Below are positions 38,520 through 47,664 of a stretch of DNA of 64,000 bases, piece after piece (position 1 is the first letter of the stretch; every line of letters begins with the position of its first letter). This stretch comes from Actinomycetaceae bacterium. GTDB taxonomy: Bacteria; Actinomycetota; Actinomycetes; Actinomycetales; Actinomycetaceae. The DNA is taken from assembly GCA_030530685.1 (NCBI GenBank), contig JAUMUM010000009.1, forward strand, positions 4,465 through 68,464, given 5' to 3'. The notes beneath the pieces were generated by a model. That model saw only the letters and a list, made by a program, of their open reading frames with translations, was not told the origin of the DNA and did no database searches. Made by a program: the position numbers and the translations under genes.

Positions 38520-39473
38520 CTACGGCGTGGTTTCAGGCCAGGCTGCGTCGGCGTCGGATAGCGGGCGGACCGAGGCACCGCGGCGCCCCAGTTCGCCCCC
38601 GTCGAAGAGCTTGGCTGGCAGAGACAGGCGCCGCACGTGCCTGCGTATGTCTTGCAGGTCGAAGGCCGCGTCCGAGGCGGCGAGCACGATGTTTCCGAAG
38701 CGCTTGCCCGAAAAGATGGCCGGGTCGGTGATGGCAACGACGTGCGCGAAGGAGGCCATCAGTGCGGCGATGTCCTCGTCGATCCGGCGCAGTCCGGCCG
38801 TGGCCACGGCATTGAGCAGGTAGATTCCGCCCGGTTCGAGCACGGAGTGGGCCCTCGCGGCGGCTTCGAGGGTGCGAAGGTGTTCGGGGACCTCGCGGTC
38901 CATGAAGGCGTCGCGCACGATGACGTCCCACGTGGCCTGCGTCGTGTCGAGAACCTGGCGCGCGTCGCCGACGCGTATGCGCAGGACGGGCGAGCGGGGC
39001 AGATCGAACCATTCCCGCGCCAGGCGGGCGAGTTCCGGGTCGATTTCCACCGCGAGTTGGTGCATGGGAGCAAGGGCGGAAAAGGCACGGGCGATGGTGC
39101 AGCCGGCCGCACCCAGGTGCAGGGCGCGGATGGGGGACGTCCGGCCGGTGGGAGGCGTCGAACCACGCGCGCCGAGCAGGCCGCGCGAGAGCAGGTTGGA
39201 CTCGGCGAGCAGGCGTATGTGCTGCATGTATTCGAATTCCAGGTGCGAGGGGTCGTCCATGTCGATGGCCGAAGATTCGACGCCGTCGAGCAGAAGATGG
39301 ACGAGCGTGGGCCGCATCGGGTCGGGTACGAGTTCGGCCCGGGCGAATGTGGTCGGGACGGGGTGTATCGGCAAGTGTTTGGGGACGTGGCGCTTCACGC
39401 TGTCGAGCCTATCCCGCGTGTCGCAGGGGAAGAAAGCGTCGGAGCCGGCGCGTAGGCTTAGAAAGAAGGCCAC
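38520..39473 (-). CDS. Spermidine-synthase-like (polyamine aminopropyltransferase family) protein.
   Basis: N-terminal AELVPDP...LLLDGVESSAIDMDDPSHLEFEYM and the HLGAAGCT SAM-fold motif. GTG start. Confidence 0.6.
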   Translation of the reverse strand: MAFFLSLRAGSDAFFPCDTRDRLDSVKRHVPKHLPIHPVPTTFARAELVPDPMRPTLVHLLLDGVESSAIDMDDPSHLEFEYMQHIRLLAESNLLSRGLLGARGSTPPTGRTSPIRALHLGAAGCTIARAFSALAPMHQLAVEIDPELARLAREWFDLPRSPVLRIRVGDARQVLDTTQATWDVIVRDAFMDREVPEHLRTLEAAARAHSVLEPGGIYLLNAVATAGLRRIDEDIAALMASFAHVVAITDPAIFSGKRFGNIVLAASDAAFDLQDIRRHVRRLSLPAKLFDGGELGRRGASVRPLSDADAAWPETTP

Positions 39474-39523
39474 CGACGTGGCTCCAAGGTGTCGGCCGCC
39501 GGCCCACCAGTCAGGAGGAAAGA

Positions 39524-40795
39524 ATGTCTCGTGCTCCCAGGAGCGTGGCCGTGCGAAGGTCGTGGGGCGATGACGACACGGGCGTCGATATCCTCCACGT
39601 CGACATGGATGCCTTCTTCGTGTCGGTCGAAATGCTTGACCACCCCGAGCTGGTCGGCCGTGCCGTGGCCGTGGGCGGCGAGGAAAGGGGCGTCGTCTCG
39701 GCGGCCTCCTATGAAGCTCGCCGCTTCGGGGTCAACTCGGCGATGCCGGTCGCCAGGGCAAAGCGCTTGTGCCCGCATCTGATCATGATTCCTCCGCGCC
39801 ACCGACGCTACTGGGAGGTCTCCCAGCAAGTAATGGCGATCCTACGGGACGTCACGCCGCTCGTGGAGCAGCTTTCGGTGGACGAGGCCTTCCTTGATGT
39901 CTCGGGCGCTCGTAGGCTCATGGGTAGCCCCGTGAGCATCGGCCATCACTTGCGCAGTCGCATACGGCAGGAGACGGGAGTCACGGCCTCGGTGGGCATT
40001 GCGGAAACGAAGCACGTGGCCAAGATCGCCTCGGCGCACGCCAAGCCCGATGGTCTGCTCCTCGTTCCCAGGGAGCAGACCATCGCGTTCCTTCACGAGC
40101 TCCCGGTCGGCGCCCTGTGGGGCGTGGGCGAACGTACACGCCAGCGGCTCGAGGCCCGCGGCGTTCGGACCGTCGGCGAGCTCGCGGAACTTGGGCAGGA
40201 ACGCCTCAAGCGAATGCTCGGCAATGCCATGGGGCAGCATCTGCACGCCCTGGCGATGGGCATTGATCCGCGACCCGTGGTCACGTCCCGCGAGGAGAAG
40301 TCCGTGGGCAGGGAGGAGACCTTCTTCGAGCACGTCTTAGACCGCGCCCAACTCGAACGCGTGCTTCTGGCGCAGGCGCACGACACCGCGCGGCGATTGC
40401 GCAAGCGCCGCCTTGCCGGACGGGTCGTCGTGATCAAGGTGAGGTTCGCGGACTTCACGACCGTCACCCGGAGTCTCACACTGGCGCAGCCGACCGATCT
40501 GGCCGCCGATCTCTATGCCGCGGCAAAGAAGCTCTTCGCCGAGGTCGATATCGGCCCAGGCGGACTGCGCCTCCTGGGCCTGCGGGCCGAGCAGCTAGTC
40601 GACCCGAGCAGAGGGATACAACTCGCCTTCGACAACGACCCGCGCAAGGACAGGGCCGAGGCTGCCCTCGACGAGGTACTCGCGAGATTCGGGGATCGTG
40701 CGATCGGTCCAGCCAGTCTCGTTGCGCCGGCAAGCCACGGCCGGAACGGCGCGTCAAGTCAGCCACCTGCGCCTGGCCGGGACGCAGGTGGCTGA
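39524..40795 (+). CDS. dinB: DNA polymerase IV (Y-family).
   Basis: ILHVDMDAFFVSVE...SIDEAFLD catalytic motifs. SD AGGAGG before the ATG. Confidence 0.9.
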   Translation: MSRAPRSVAVRRSWGDDDTGVDILHVDMDAFFVSVEMLDHPELVGRAVAVGGEERGVVSAASYEARRFGVNSAMPVARAKRLCPHLIMIPPRHRRYWEVSQQVMAILRDVTPLVEQLSVDEAFLDVSGARRLMGSPVSIGHHLRSRIRQETGVTASVGIAETKHVAKIASAHAKPDGLLLVPREQTIAFLHELPVGALWGVGERTRQRLEARGVRTVGELAELGQERLKRMLGNAMGQHLHALAMGIDPRPVVTSREEKSVGREETFFEHVLDRAQLERVLLAQAHDTARRLRKRRLAGRVVVIKVRFADFTTVTRSLTLAQPTDLAADLYAAAKKLFAEVDIGPGGLRLLGLRAEQLVDPSRGIQLAFDNDPRKDRAEAALDEVLARFGDRAIGPASLVAPASHGRNGASSQPPAPGRDAGG

Positions 40796-40796
40796 C
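40758..40796 (+). terminator. Hairpin overlapping the dinB stop: GTCAGCCACCTGCG, 11-nt loop, CGCAGGTGGCTGAC.
   Basis: Perfect 14-bp inverted repeat with no T-tract. Confidence 0.45.
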
Positions 40797-40964
40797 GTTG
40801 CAGCCGGGCCGACGTCGGCAGGCAGTGCGAGACGCGCCCGGGCCATGGGGAGCTGCGCCCGGGCCAGCGGCGCGGCAGTTCCCGATTTGAGCTCAGGGCG
40901 GACTTTCACCGCTTTACCCTTCCAAGATATCCTTGAGGGAAGCAGCCCACGACGAGGAGACATC

Positions 40965-41381
40965 ATGGCTCTTTCCGAATACGAGAGGAAAATGCTGGAG
41001 GAATTGGAAGCCCAGCTTTCCGATGAGGATCCTGGTTTCGCGGACACCCTCAAGCCAGGTGAGCCCCGCGTCTCTCCGTCCAAGCAGATGTCGATTAAGC
41101 ATCTCGTGCTCGGCATTCTCGTCGCCCTCGTCGGCATCGGCATCCTCGTCGTCGGCGTGGCCTCCGAACTCGTTATCGTTGGCGTTCTCGGCTTCCTCGT
41201 AATGTTCGGCGGTGCCTGGTATGTCAGTGAGGGCATCGTCGACCGCCCGGAGGGCGAGCAGAGTGAGAAGCCGAAGAAACCCAAGGATCCAAAGCAACCT
41301 AAGCAGAGGAAGAGCCTGTCCGATTTCATGACGGAGCAGGCCCGGGAATGGGAGCGGCGCCGCAGAGAGAGCGGTCGATAG
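40965..41381 (+). CDS. DUF3040-family small membrane protein.
   Basis: N-terminal LSEYERKMLEELEAQL motif, two TM helices, and a Lys/Pro-rich tail. SD GAGGAGA. Confidence 0.7.
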   Translation: MALSEYERKMLEELEAQLSDEDPGFADTLKPGEPRVSPSKQMSIKHLVLGILVALVGIGILVVGVASELVIVGVLGFLVMFGGAWYVSEGIVDRPEGEQSEKPKKPKDPKQPKQRKSLSDFMTEQAREWERRRRESGR

Positions 41382-41389
41382 CTCCGCAG

Positions 41390-41419
41390 GCCCGGCGTTC
41401 TTCGCCGGGCCATCTTTTT
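41390..41419 (+). terminator. Rho-independent terminator: GCCCGGCG-ttctt-CGCCGGGC followed by TCTTTTT.
   Basis: 8-bp stem plus a T-tract, 9 nt after the DUF3040 stop. Confidence 0.65.
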
Positions 41420-42056
41420 GATGCTGCCTTGCGTCTGCCGAGCCGCCCCCGCTTGATGGTGCCGGTGCGAGGCGGGCTCGGTCCCGGCATGTCGCATGCT
41501 CGGCGTACGCGGCCTGGTGAAGGCGACCCCGCTCCTGGCGATGCAACTTCCGCGAGTGCACGTTCATGCGCAGCGATAGCACGGCCTGATGCGCGCCGGA
41601 CTACCTGGCGTGCGCTACAACTCGGTGCGCGACGTCTGTGATCTGCTGTGATCTGCGTCTAAACGTTTGGCAGCGTGCTGGGCCGACTCGGCCTCTTCGC
41701 CATGTGGCAAGCGGTCGCGCCACCCTTTGGTCATACTCGGGACTGAGCCTCTAGGTAAAGAGACGGTCACGGAGTCCCAAATTATTTTTTCTGCCCCCAT
41801 TTTTTCCAACCCAAGGTGGGAGTATGTGCAGCCACGTAGTCCCGTGGGGCGACATCGGCCTCCACCTCACCCCACCCCACTTTCCACCACCGGCTCCAAT
41901 CTCGCTCCCCTCATGCCCCTTTTCGCTCGAAAATCGCGGCTGATACACGGGGTCTGGAATCAAAATGTCCTACCCGGGTACCATTACCCTCCACCGGACT
42001 TTTACTTTCAATTGCCTATGTTTCAGGCGGGCAACACCCCGGCGAAGATCTTGCTC

Positions 42057-42086
42057 GTGGGGTGAAGTGGAGTAAAGTGGAGGCCA
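42057..42086 (+). promoter_or_regulatory. Three GTGG direct repeats at 10-bp spacing, a putative MraZ operator.
   Basis: GTGGGGTGAA / GTGGAGTAAA / GTGGAGGCCA lie 26 nt upstream of the mraZ GTG. MraZ proteins are reported to bind direct repeats at helical-turn spacing in their own 5' region. Confidence 0.45.
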
Positions 42087-42111
42087 AGCGTCAATGGAGG
42101 AGGTGGACGCG

Positions 42112-42543
42112 GTGTTTCTGGGCACTTATGAACCCAAACTTGATGACAAGGGGCGGTTCATATTGCCGGCGAAGTTCCGCGACCAACTCCAACGAGGGAT
42201 GGTGATCACGCGTGGACAGGAGCACTGCCTATTCGTTTTCACCATGGAGGAGTTTGAGGAGTTTCAAGAAAAGCTTCACCAGGCTCCGCTCACGTCCAAG
42301 GAGGCTCGCGACTACCAGCGCGTCCTCTTCTCGGGCGCCGTTGACCAGGTTCCGGATAAGCAGGGAAGGATCTCGCTCCCGGCCAACCTCCGCGCATACG
42401 CGGGGTTGGAACGCGACCTGGCCGTCTTCGGCTCGGGCAGCAGGGTGGAGATCTGGGACCTGAAGACCTGGAACGAGTACCTGGACAACCAGGAGGCCGC
42501 CTTCGCCAGCCGCGAAGACGAGGTCATCCCCGGTCTCTTCTAA
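42112..42543 (+). CDS. mraZ: Transcriptional regulator MraZ.
   Basis: VFLGTYEPKLDDKGRFILPAKFRD matches the MraZ N-terminus, with duplicated SpoVT/AbrB-like halves. GTG start with SD GGAGGAGG. Confidence 0.9.
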   Translation: MFLGTYEPKLDDKGRFILPAKFRDQLQRGMVITRGQEHCLFVFTMEEFEEFQEKLHQAPLTSKEARDYQRVLFSGAVDQVPDKQGRISLPANLRAYAGLERDLAVFGSGSRVEIWDLKTWNEYLDNQEAAFASREDEVIPGLF

Positions 42544-42692
42544 ACGGCCGGGTGGAGATCTTCCGCCGTCACTTCTGAGGCAATTCCCCAGCTTCAGAAC
42601 GACGGGGGAGGACCTGCACCCGGCAGGCAGAAGACTCGAGGAACGTCCTGTCAGAGTCGAAGAATTGTCGATATGCCGGAAAGGAAAGCGAG

Positions 42693-43790
42693 ATGACGGA
42701 CGTGCCTTCGCGGGCGGACGGCCTTCACGTCACGACGTCGCACGACGAAGCGGCACCGTCCGTCCAGCCGCGAGCCTTCGAGCCGAACCGCGATGCGCAT
42801 GACCGGGCGGCGGGCAACGCCCTCCACGTTCCCGTCCTCGTTCACACGTGCATTGAGTTCCTCGAGCCCGCTCTCGGAGGCGATGAGCCGATACTCATCG
42901 ACGCGACGGTGGGCATGGGCGGCCACGCGCAAGCGCTGCTGGAGCGGTTCCCGCGATTGACGGTGGTGGGGATCGACAGGGACCCCCAGGCCATCGAGTT
43001 GGCATCGCAACGCCTGAGGCGATTCGGTAAGAGGTTTGAGCCGGTTCTCGCTACCTACGACCGCATCGATTCCATTGCTTCGTCGCTGGGTCGAAGCGGC
43101 CGGGTCGACGCTGTGCTCATGGACCTCGGGGTGTCCTCACTTCAGCTCGACGACGAGGGCAGGGGGTTCTCCTACTCGCACGACGCTCCCTTGGACATGA
43201 GGATGGACGCGTCGAGTGGTCGGAGCGCCGCCGATCTGCTCGCGACTGAGGGCGTTGACGAGATCGCCAGAGTGCTGCGCGAGTTCGGCGACGAGAAGTT
43301 CGCCTCGCGCATCGCCAGGCGAATCGTCGATGTTCGCGGTGCGACGCCCATCACGCGGACGGGCCAGCTGGCGCAGATCGTGCGGGAGGCCATTCCGGCA
43401 CCCGCGCGCCGCACGGGCGGAAATCCGTCCAAGCGCACGTTCCAGGCACTGAGGATCGCCATCAACGATGAGCTCGCGGTACTTCAGCGGGCCGTCCCCA
43501 GGGCCATCGCGACGCTGAGGGTCGGCGGCCGGATCGTCGTCGAGTCCTACCAGTCGCTCGAAGACAGGATCGTCAAGCGGGAGTTCGCGAAGGGGGCGAC
43601 GTCGTCGACGCCTGCGGGCCTACCGCTCGAGCTCGAGGGCCACGAACCCTACCTGCGACTGCTTACGCGGGGAGCACTCAAGGCCGACGCCCGCGAGCGG
43701 GGCGCCAACCCGCGCAGCTCTTCGGTCAGGCTCCGCGCGGCCGAAAGAATCAGGCACACACACGCAACCACTCAGAGGGACAAATCATGA
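42693..43790 (+). CDS. rsmH: 16S rRNA m4C1402 methyltransferase.
   Basis: HVPVL...DATVGMGGH...DLGVSSLQLD motifs. Second gene of the dcw cluster. Confidence 0.9.
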   Translation: MTDVPSRADGLHVTTSHDEAAPSVQPRAFEPNRDAHDRAAGNALHVPVLVHTCIEFLEPALGGDEPILIDATVGMGGHAQALLERFPRLTVVGIDRDPQAIELASQRLRRFGKRFEPVLATYDRIDSIASSLGRSGRVDAVLMDLGVSSLQLDDEGRGFSYSHDAPLDMRMDASSGRSAADLLATEGVDEIARVLREFGDEKFASRIARRIVDVRGATPITRTGQLAQIVREAIPAPARRTGGNPSKRTFQALRIAINDELAVLQRAVPRAIATLRVGGRIVVESYQSLEDRIVKREFAKGATSSTPAGLPLELEGHEPYLRLLTRGALKADARERGANPRSSSVRLRAAERIRHTHATTQRDKS

Positions 43791-44194
43791 GCGCAACTCC
43801 AATCGTCCGCGGCACGTCCGCCCGCACCAGTGCGACCCGTCCGGTCATCGAGGGACTTCCCGGGCTCAAGCTCGTGCCCACGCCCGCACCCAAGCGAGGC
43901 TTCTTCGGCACGGTCGTCATCTGCGCCCTGTTGGTGATCGGATCCTTCGGCACGGTCTTCGTCCTCAATACGCGGATGGTCGACACGGCCTACCAGGTCC
44001 AGTCCGTCCAGCGCGAGCTCAACGAGGCCGCGGCCAAGGAGGCAACGTTGCAGGACCAAGTGGTATCCGCCTCAACGCCTCAGGGCCTCGCCAAGCGCGC
44101 TCAGGAACTAGGATTGGTTCCTGCAACGGACGTTCAGCACCTGGATCTCCAGACAGGGGAGATCGTGAGCCCCGTGGAGTCGCAAGGGAACTAG
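43787..44194 (+). CDS. ftsL: FtsL-like cell-division protein (single TM plus coiled coil).
   Basis: Small bitopic protein sitting between rsmH and ftsI, as expected by synteny. Confidence 0.6.
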   Translation: MSATPIVRGTSARTSATRPVIEGLPGLKLVPTPAPKRGFFGTVVICALLVIGSFGTVFVLNTRMVDTAYQVQSVQRELNEAAAKEATLQDQVVSASTPQGLAKRAQELGLVPATDVQHLDLQTGEIVSPVESQGN

Positions 44195-44201
44195 GAACCA
44201 C

Positions 44202-46103
44202 ATGTCGGAGTCGAACTCGACTTCTCAGGCACGTCGCACGGCCGGCCGGAAGCCGGGTGGGCCTGTTTACAGGCACCTGGCGGGGTACCTGGCGAGTTAC
44301 GCGGGGCTTTCGCCGGCCGCGCGGCGGGCGCGCATGCTCATCGCCGCATTCATGGTGTGCGCGCTCGTCCTGACGCTCAGGCTCTTCGATCTGCAGATCG
44401 TGCGGTCGCAGGCTTTGGCCGACACCGCCTCAGGTTTTAGAACCCGCTCCTACACGCTGCAGGCCAAGCGCGGGGACATCGTTGATTCCAAGGGCGCCGT
44501 CATGGCCACCTCGATCGAACGCTACAACGTCGGTGTCAATCAGAAGCTCATCGGCCAGTACGTGCGCTATGACGACGACGGCAATGTCACAGGCACGGGC
44601 GCCGCCGCGGCGGCCGAGGAACTCGCTCCGCTGCTCGACATGGACCGGGCCGAACTCGGCGGCCTGCTCATGGGCGGTGAAAAGAAGTCGAGCTTCGCCT
44701 ACGTCAAGAAGGACATCTCGCCCGAGCTGTGGCGGCAGATCAATTCCCTGCACATCACCGGCATCGAACCCGAGCAGTACATGAAGCGCGAGTACCCCAA
44801 TGGCTCCGTCGCCGGCAACGTGCTCGGTTACACGGGGCAGACCGAAGAGGACTCGGGAATCAAGGGGCAGGCGGGCATCGAGAAGTCGCAGGATTCGGTC
44901 CTCACGGGCACCGACGGCAAGCTGACGGTCGAGGTGGCCGGCGGGGGAGCGGTGCTTCCCAATGGCAGGCGCTCCGAGACCGCCGCCAAGGATGGGTCGA
45001 CCATCAAGCTCACAATCGACCGGGACTTGCAAAACCAGCTCATGAAGGCCGTGGACGAGTCGGTGGCGGCCAATGGGGCGGAGTGGGGAGCCGCCGTCGT
45101 CGTCGAGGTCGGGACCGGGCGCGTGCTTGCCCTCGTCGATTCGGGTTCGCCCGATCCGAGCGACCTGAGTTCGACGTCGTCGAGCAATTGGGGCTCCCGT
45201 GCCGTGCAGGTCCCCATCGAGCCGGGCTCCTCGGGAAAGCTCATCACGTTCTCCACCGCCGTGGATCAGGGGACCGTCACACCCGAAACGCTGTACACCG
45301 TGCCCGACGCGATAACCATGCCCAACGGCGAGACGATCCATGACAACGACTCGCACCCCACCGACCAGATGACCGTCGCCGGCATCATGGCGAAGTCCTA
45401 CAACACGGGACTCGTTCAGATTGGCGACACCGTCGACGACGACACCCGCTTCGAGTACATGCGCAAGTTCGGCCTCGGTCAGAAGACGGGAATCGAGCTG
45501 CCTGCCGAGTCGCGCGGCCTGCTGCCCGGTGTCGACGACTGGAACTCCCGCAGCCACTACACGACGATGTTCGGCCAGGGGTGGACGACGACGACCGTGC
45601 AGCTCGGCCAGATCGGCGCGACGATCGGCAACGAGGGGGTCAGCACGCCGCTGCACATCATCGACTCGACGGTCGACGCCGACGGCACGGAGAAGGCTAC
45701 GGTCGTCGGCCAGTCCAAGCGCGTCATGTCCAAGGAGTCGGCGGACACAATGCTCAAGATGATGCAGGGTGTCACCGACGAGCAGTCGACCGGCTACTAC
45801 GCCAGAGTTCCCGGCTACAACGTGGCGGGCAAGACGGGAACGGCCCAGGTGCCTGACGAGAACGGCGAGCTTAACAAGCGTGTGGGAACCTTCGTCGGAC
45901 TGGTTCCCGCGGAAAAGCCCCAGATCGCGGTCGCAGTTGTGGTGTACAACGGTCAGGGTGCAGGCTATGGAGGCGAGGTCGCCGCGCCGGTATTCTCCGA
46001 TGTGGCGACATTCGCCGTCCGACAACTGGGTATTCCACCGTCCACGGTTCCCCTCTACGAATACCCTTGGTACAAGTCCGAAATGAGTAGCGGCAATGGC
46101 TGA
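44202..46103 (+). CDS. ftsI: Peptidoglycan D,D-transpeptidase FtsI (class B PBP).
   Basis: Transpeptidase motifs SSGK (SxxK), SYN, and KTGT. Confidence 0.85.
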   Translation: MSESNSTSQARRTAGRKPGGPVYRHLAGYLASYAGLSPAARRARMLIAAFMVCALVLTLRLFDLQIVRSQALADTASGFRTRSYTLQAKRGDIVDSKGAVMATSIERYNVGVNQKLIGQYVRYDDDGNVTGTGAAAAAEELAPLLDMDRAELGGLLMGGEKKSSFAYVKKDISPELWRQINSLHITGIEPEQYMKREYPNGSVAGNVLGYTGQTEEDSGIKGQAGIEKSQDSVLTGTDGKLTVEVAGGGAVLPNGRRSETAAKDGSTIKLTIDRDLQNQLMKAVDESVAANGAEWGAAVVVEVGTGRVLALVDSGSPDPSDLSSTSSSNWGSRAVQVPIEPGSSGKLITFSTAVDQGTVTPETLYTVPDAITMPNGETIHDNDSHPTDQMTVAGIMAKSYNTGLVQIGDTVDDDTRFEYMRKFGLGQKTGIELPAESRGLLPGVDDWNSRSHYTTMFGQGWTTTTVQLGQIGATIGNEGVSTPLHIIDSTVDADGTEKATVVGQSKRVMSKESADTMLKMMQGVTDEQSTGYYARVPGYNVAGKTGTAQVPDENGELNKRVGTFVGLVPAEKPQIAVAVVVYNGQGAGYGGEVAAPVFSDVATFAVRQLGIPPSTVPLYEYPWYKSEMSSGNG

Positions 46104-47664
46104 ATACAGTAGGCAATCCGGCGCGGGGACGAGGCTCACGCACCTCGCCGCGCTGGTGGGCGGGAGCGTGCGCTCAGACGCGTGCGTGCGCTCTGTCACG
46201 GCAGATAGCAGAAGCGTTTCAAAGGGCGACCTGTTCGTCGCCGTCAATGGGGAGCACGTCCACGGTGCGACGTTCGCGTCCGCGGCCATTGAGGCCGGAG
46301 CCAGTGCCATCATGACCGATGAGCCGGGAGTGGATCTGCTACCCGAGACGCTGAGTTCGACCGTCCCGCTCCTGGTGGTTGACGATCCGGCGGCAAGCCT
46401 TGGCGCCGTCGCCGCCGAGGTTCTCGGCAATCCGGCCAGGGATATTCGCGCCTACGGGATCACGGGAACGAACGGCAAGACGACGACGGCCTACATGCTC
46501 GAGTCGATCCTCACGGGCCTGGGACGCCAGGTCGGCCTCATCGGGACGGTCGAGATCCGCCTGGCCGGCACGCGCATCCCCGCGCGGCTGACCACGCCCA
46601 TGCCCGACGAGTTCCACAGCTACCTGGCGTTCCACCGCGCCGGCGGCGGCAGTGACCTCGTCATGGAGGCCTCGAGCCACGCACTGGCACAGGGGAGGGC
46701 CGACCCCCTCGTCTACGAGGTCGCCGGCTTCACGAACCTGACGCAGGACCACCTGGACTTCCATTCGACGATGGAGGAGTACTACGCCGCAAAGGCCAGC
46801 CTGTTCACGGCCGAGCGCTGCCGCAACGCGGTCGTGACGGTCGACGACGAATGGGGCGGGCGCCTGCTGGCGCAGGCCGCCGCGTCGGTTCCCGGGCGGG
46901 TGGCGGCCCTGGCGGTCACGAGCCGGCTGGCGGACCTTCCCGACGCCGTCGTGGGCTGGCAGGTCAGTGACATTGACGCCTCAGGCTTCACGATGACGTG
47001 CACCGACGGGCGCAGCCTGCGCACGTCGACGAGCCTGCCGGGCGAGTTCAATGTCGCCAATGCGGCGCTGGCCATTGCCATGGCGCTCACCTCCGGGGTG
47101 AGCGTCGAGGCTCTAGGCGAGGCCATGCCCGACGGCATTAACCCGACCGTGCCGGGCCGGATGGAGGTGCTTGCGGACCGGCCGCGCGTCGTCGTCGACT
47201 TCGCTCACAACACGGAGGCGCTCGTCAATGCGATGCGGGCGCTGCGGCCCTCCACCGAGGGGCGGCTCGTGGTCCTGACGGGGGCAGCCGGGTCGCGCGA
47301 TGCGGGCAAGCGTCCGTCCATGGGCCGCGCCGTTGCCGAGTACGGCGATGTCGTGTACATCACCGACGACGATCCGCACGACGAGGACCCCGCCACCATC
47401 AGGAGCCAGGTTCTTGAAGGCACACGGGGCTTCGACACGCCCGTCGTCGAGATTGGCGACCGGAGGCAGGCTATAGCCGAGTGCATTCGGAAGGCTCGAG
47501 ACGAGGATACGATTCTCCTTGCGGGGCGCGGCCACGAAACCATCCAGGAGGTTGCTGGCGTGCCCCTCGAACTTGATGACCGCGTTGAGGCTGAACGCGC
47601 TCTCGCTGCGCGTTGGCAGCGCGAGGCTCGTGGCCAGGAGAAGAACGTTAAGGAGACGCCATGA
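46096..47664 (+). CDS. murE: UDP-MurNAc-L-Ala-D-Glu--2,6-diaminopimelate ligase.
   Basis: Mur ligase P-loop GITGTNGKTTT. Third position in the dcw order. Confidence 0.9.
   Translation: MAEYSRQSGAGTRLTHLAALVGGSVRSDACVRSVTADSRSVSKGDLFVAVNGEHVHGATFASAAIEAGASAIMTDEPGVDLLPETLSSTVPLLVVDDPAASLGAVAAEVLGNPARDIRAYGITGTNGKTTTAYMLESILTGLGRQVGLIGTVEIRLAGTRIPARLTTPMPDEFHSYLAFHRAGGGSDLVMEASSHALAQGRADPLVYEVAGFTNLTQDHLDFHSTMEEYYAAKASLFTAERCRNAVVTVDDEWGGRLLAQAAASVPGRVAALAVTSRLADLPDAVVGWQVSDIDASGFTMTCTDGRSLRTSTSLPGEFNVANAALAIAMALTSGVSVEALGEAMPDGINPTVPGRMEVLADRPRVVVDFAHNTEALVNAMRALRPSTEGRLVVLTGAAGSRDAGKRPSMGRAVAEYGDVVYITDDDPHDEDPATIRSQVLEGTRGFDTPVVEIGDRRQAIAECIRKARDEDTILLAGRGHETIQEVAGVPLELDDRVEAERALAARWQREARGQEKNVKETP

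Noticed and set aside
39474-39523. Expected LexA box upstream of dinB.
   Set aside because: No GAAC-N4-GTTC-like sequence is present in the short dinB upstream region, so this dinB is not obviously SOS-regulated.
41667-42065. 132-aa Pro-rich ORF in the dcw leader.
   Set aside because: Low-complexity composition caused by the poly-pyrimidine tract. No SD and no homology. It is more likely untranslated leader.
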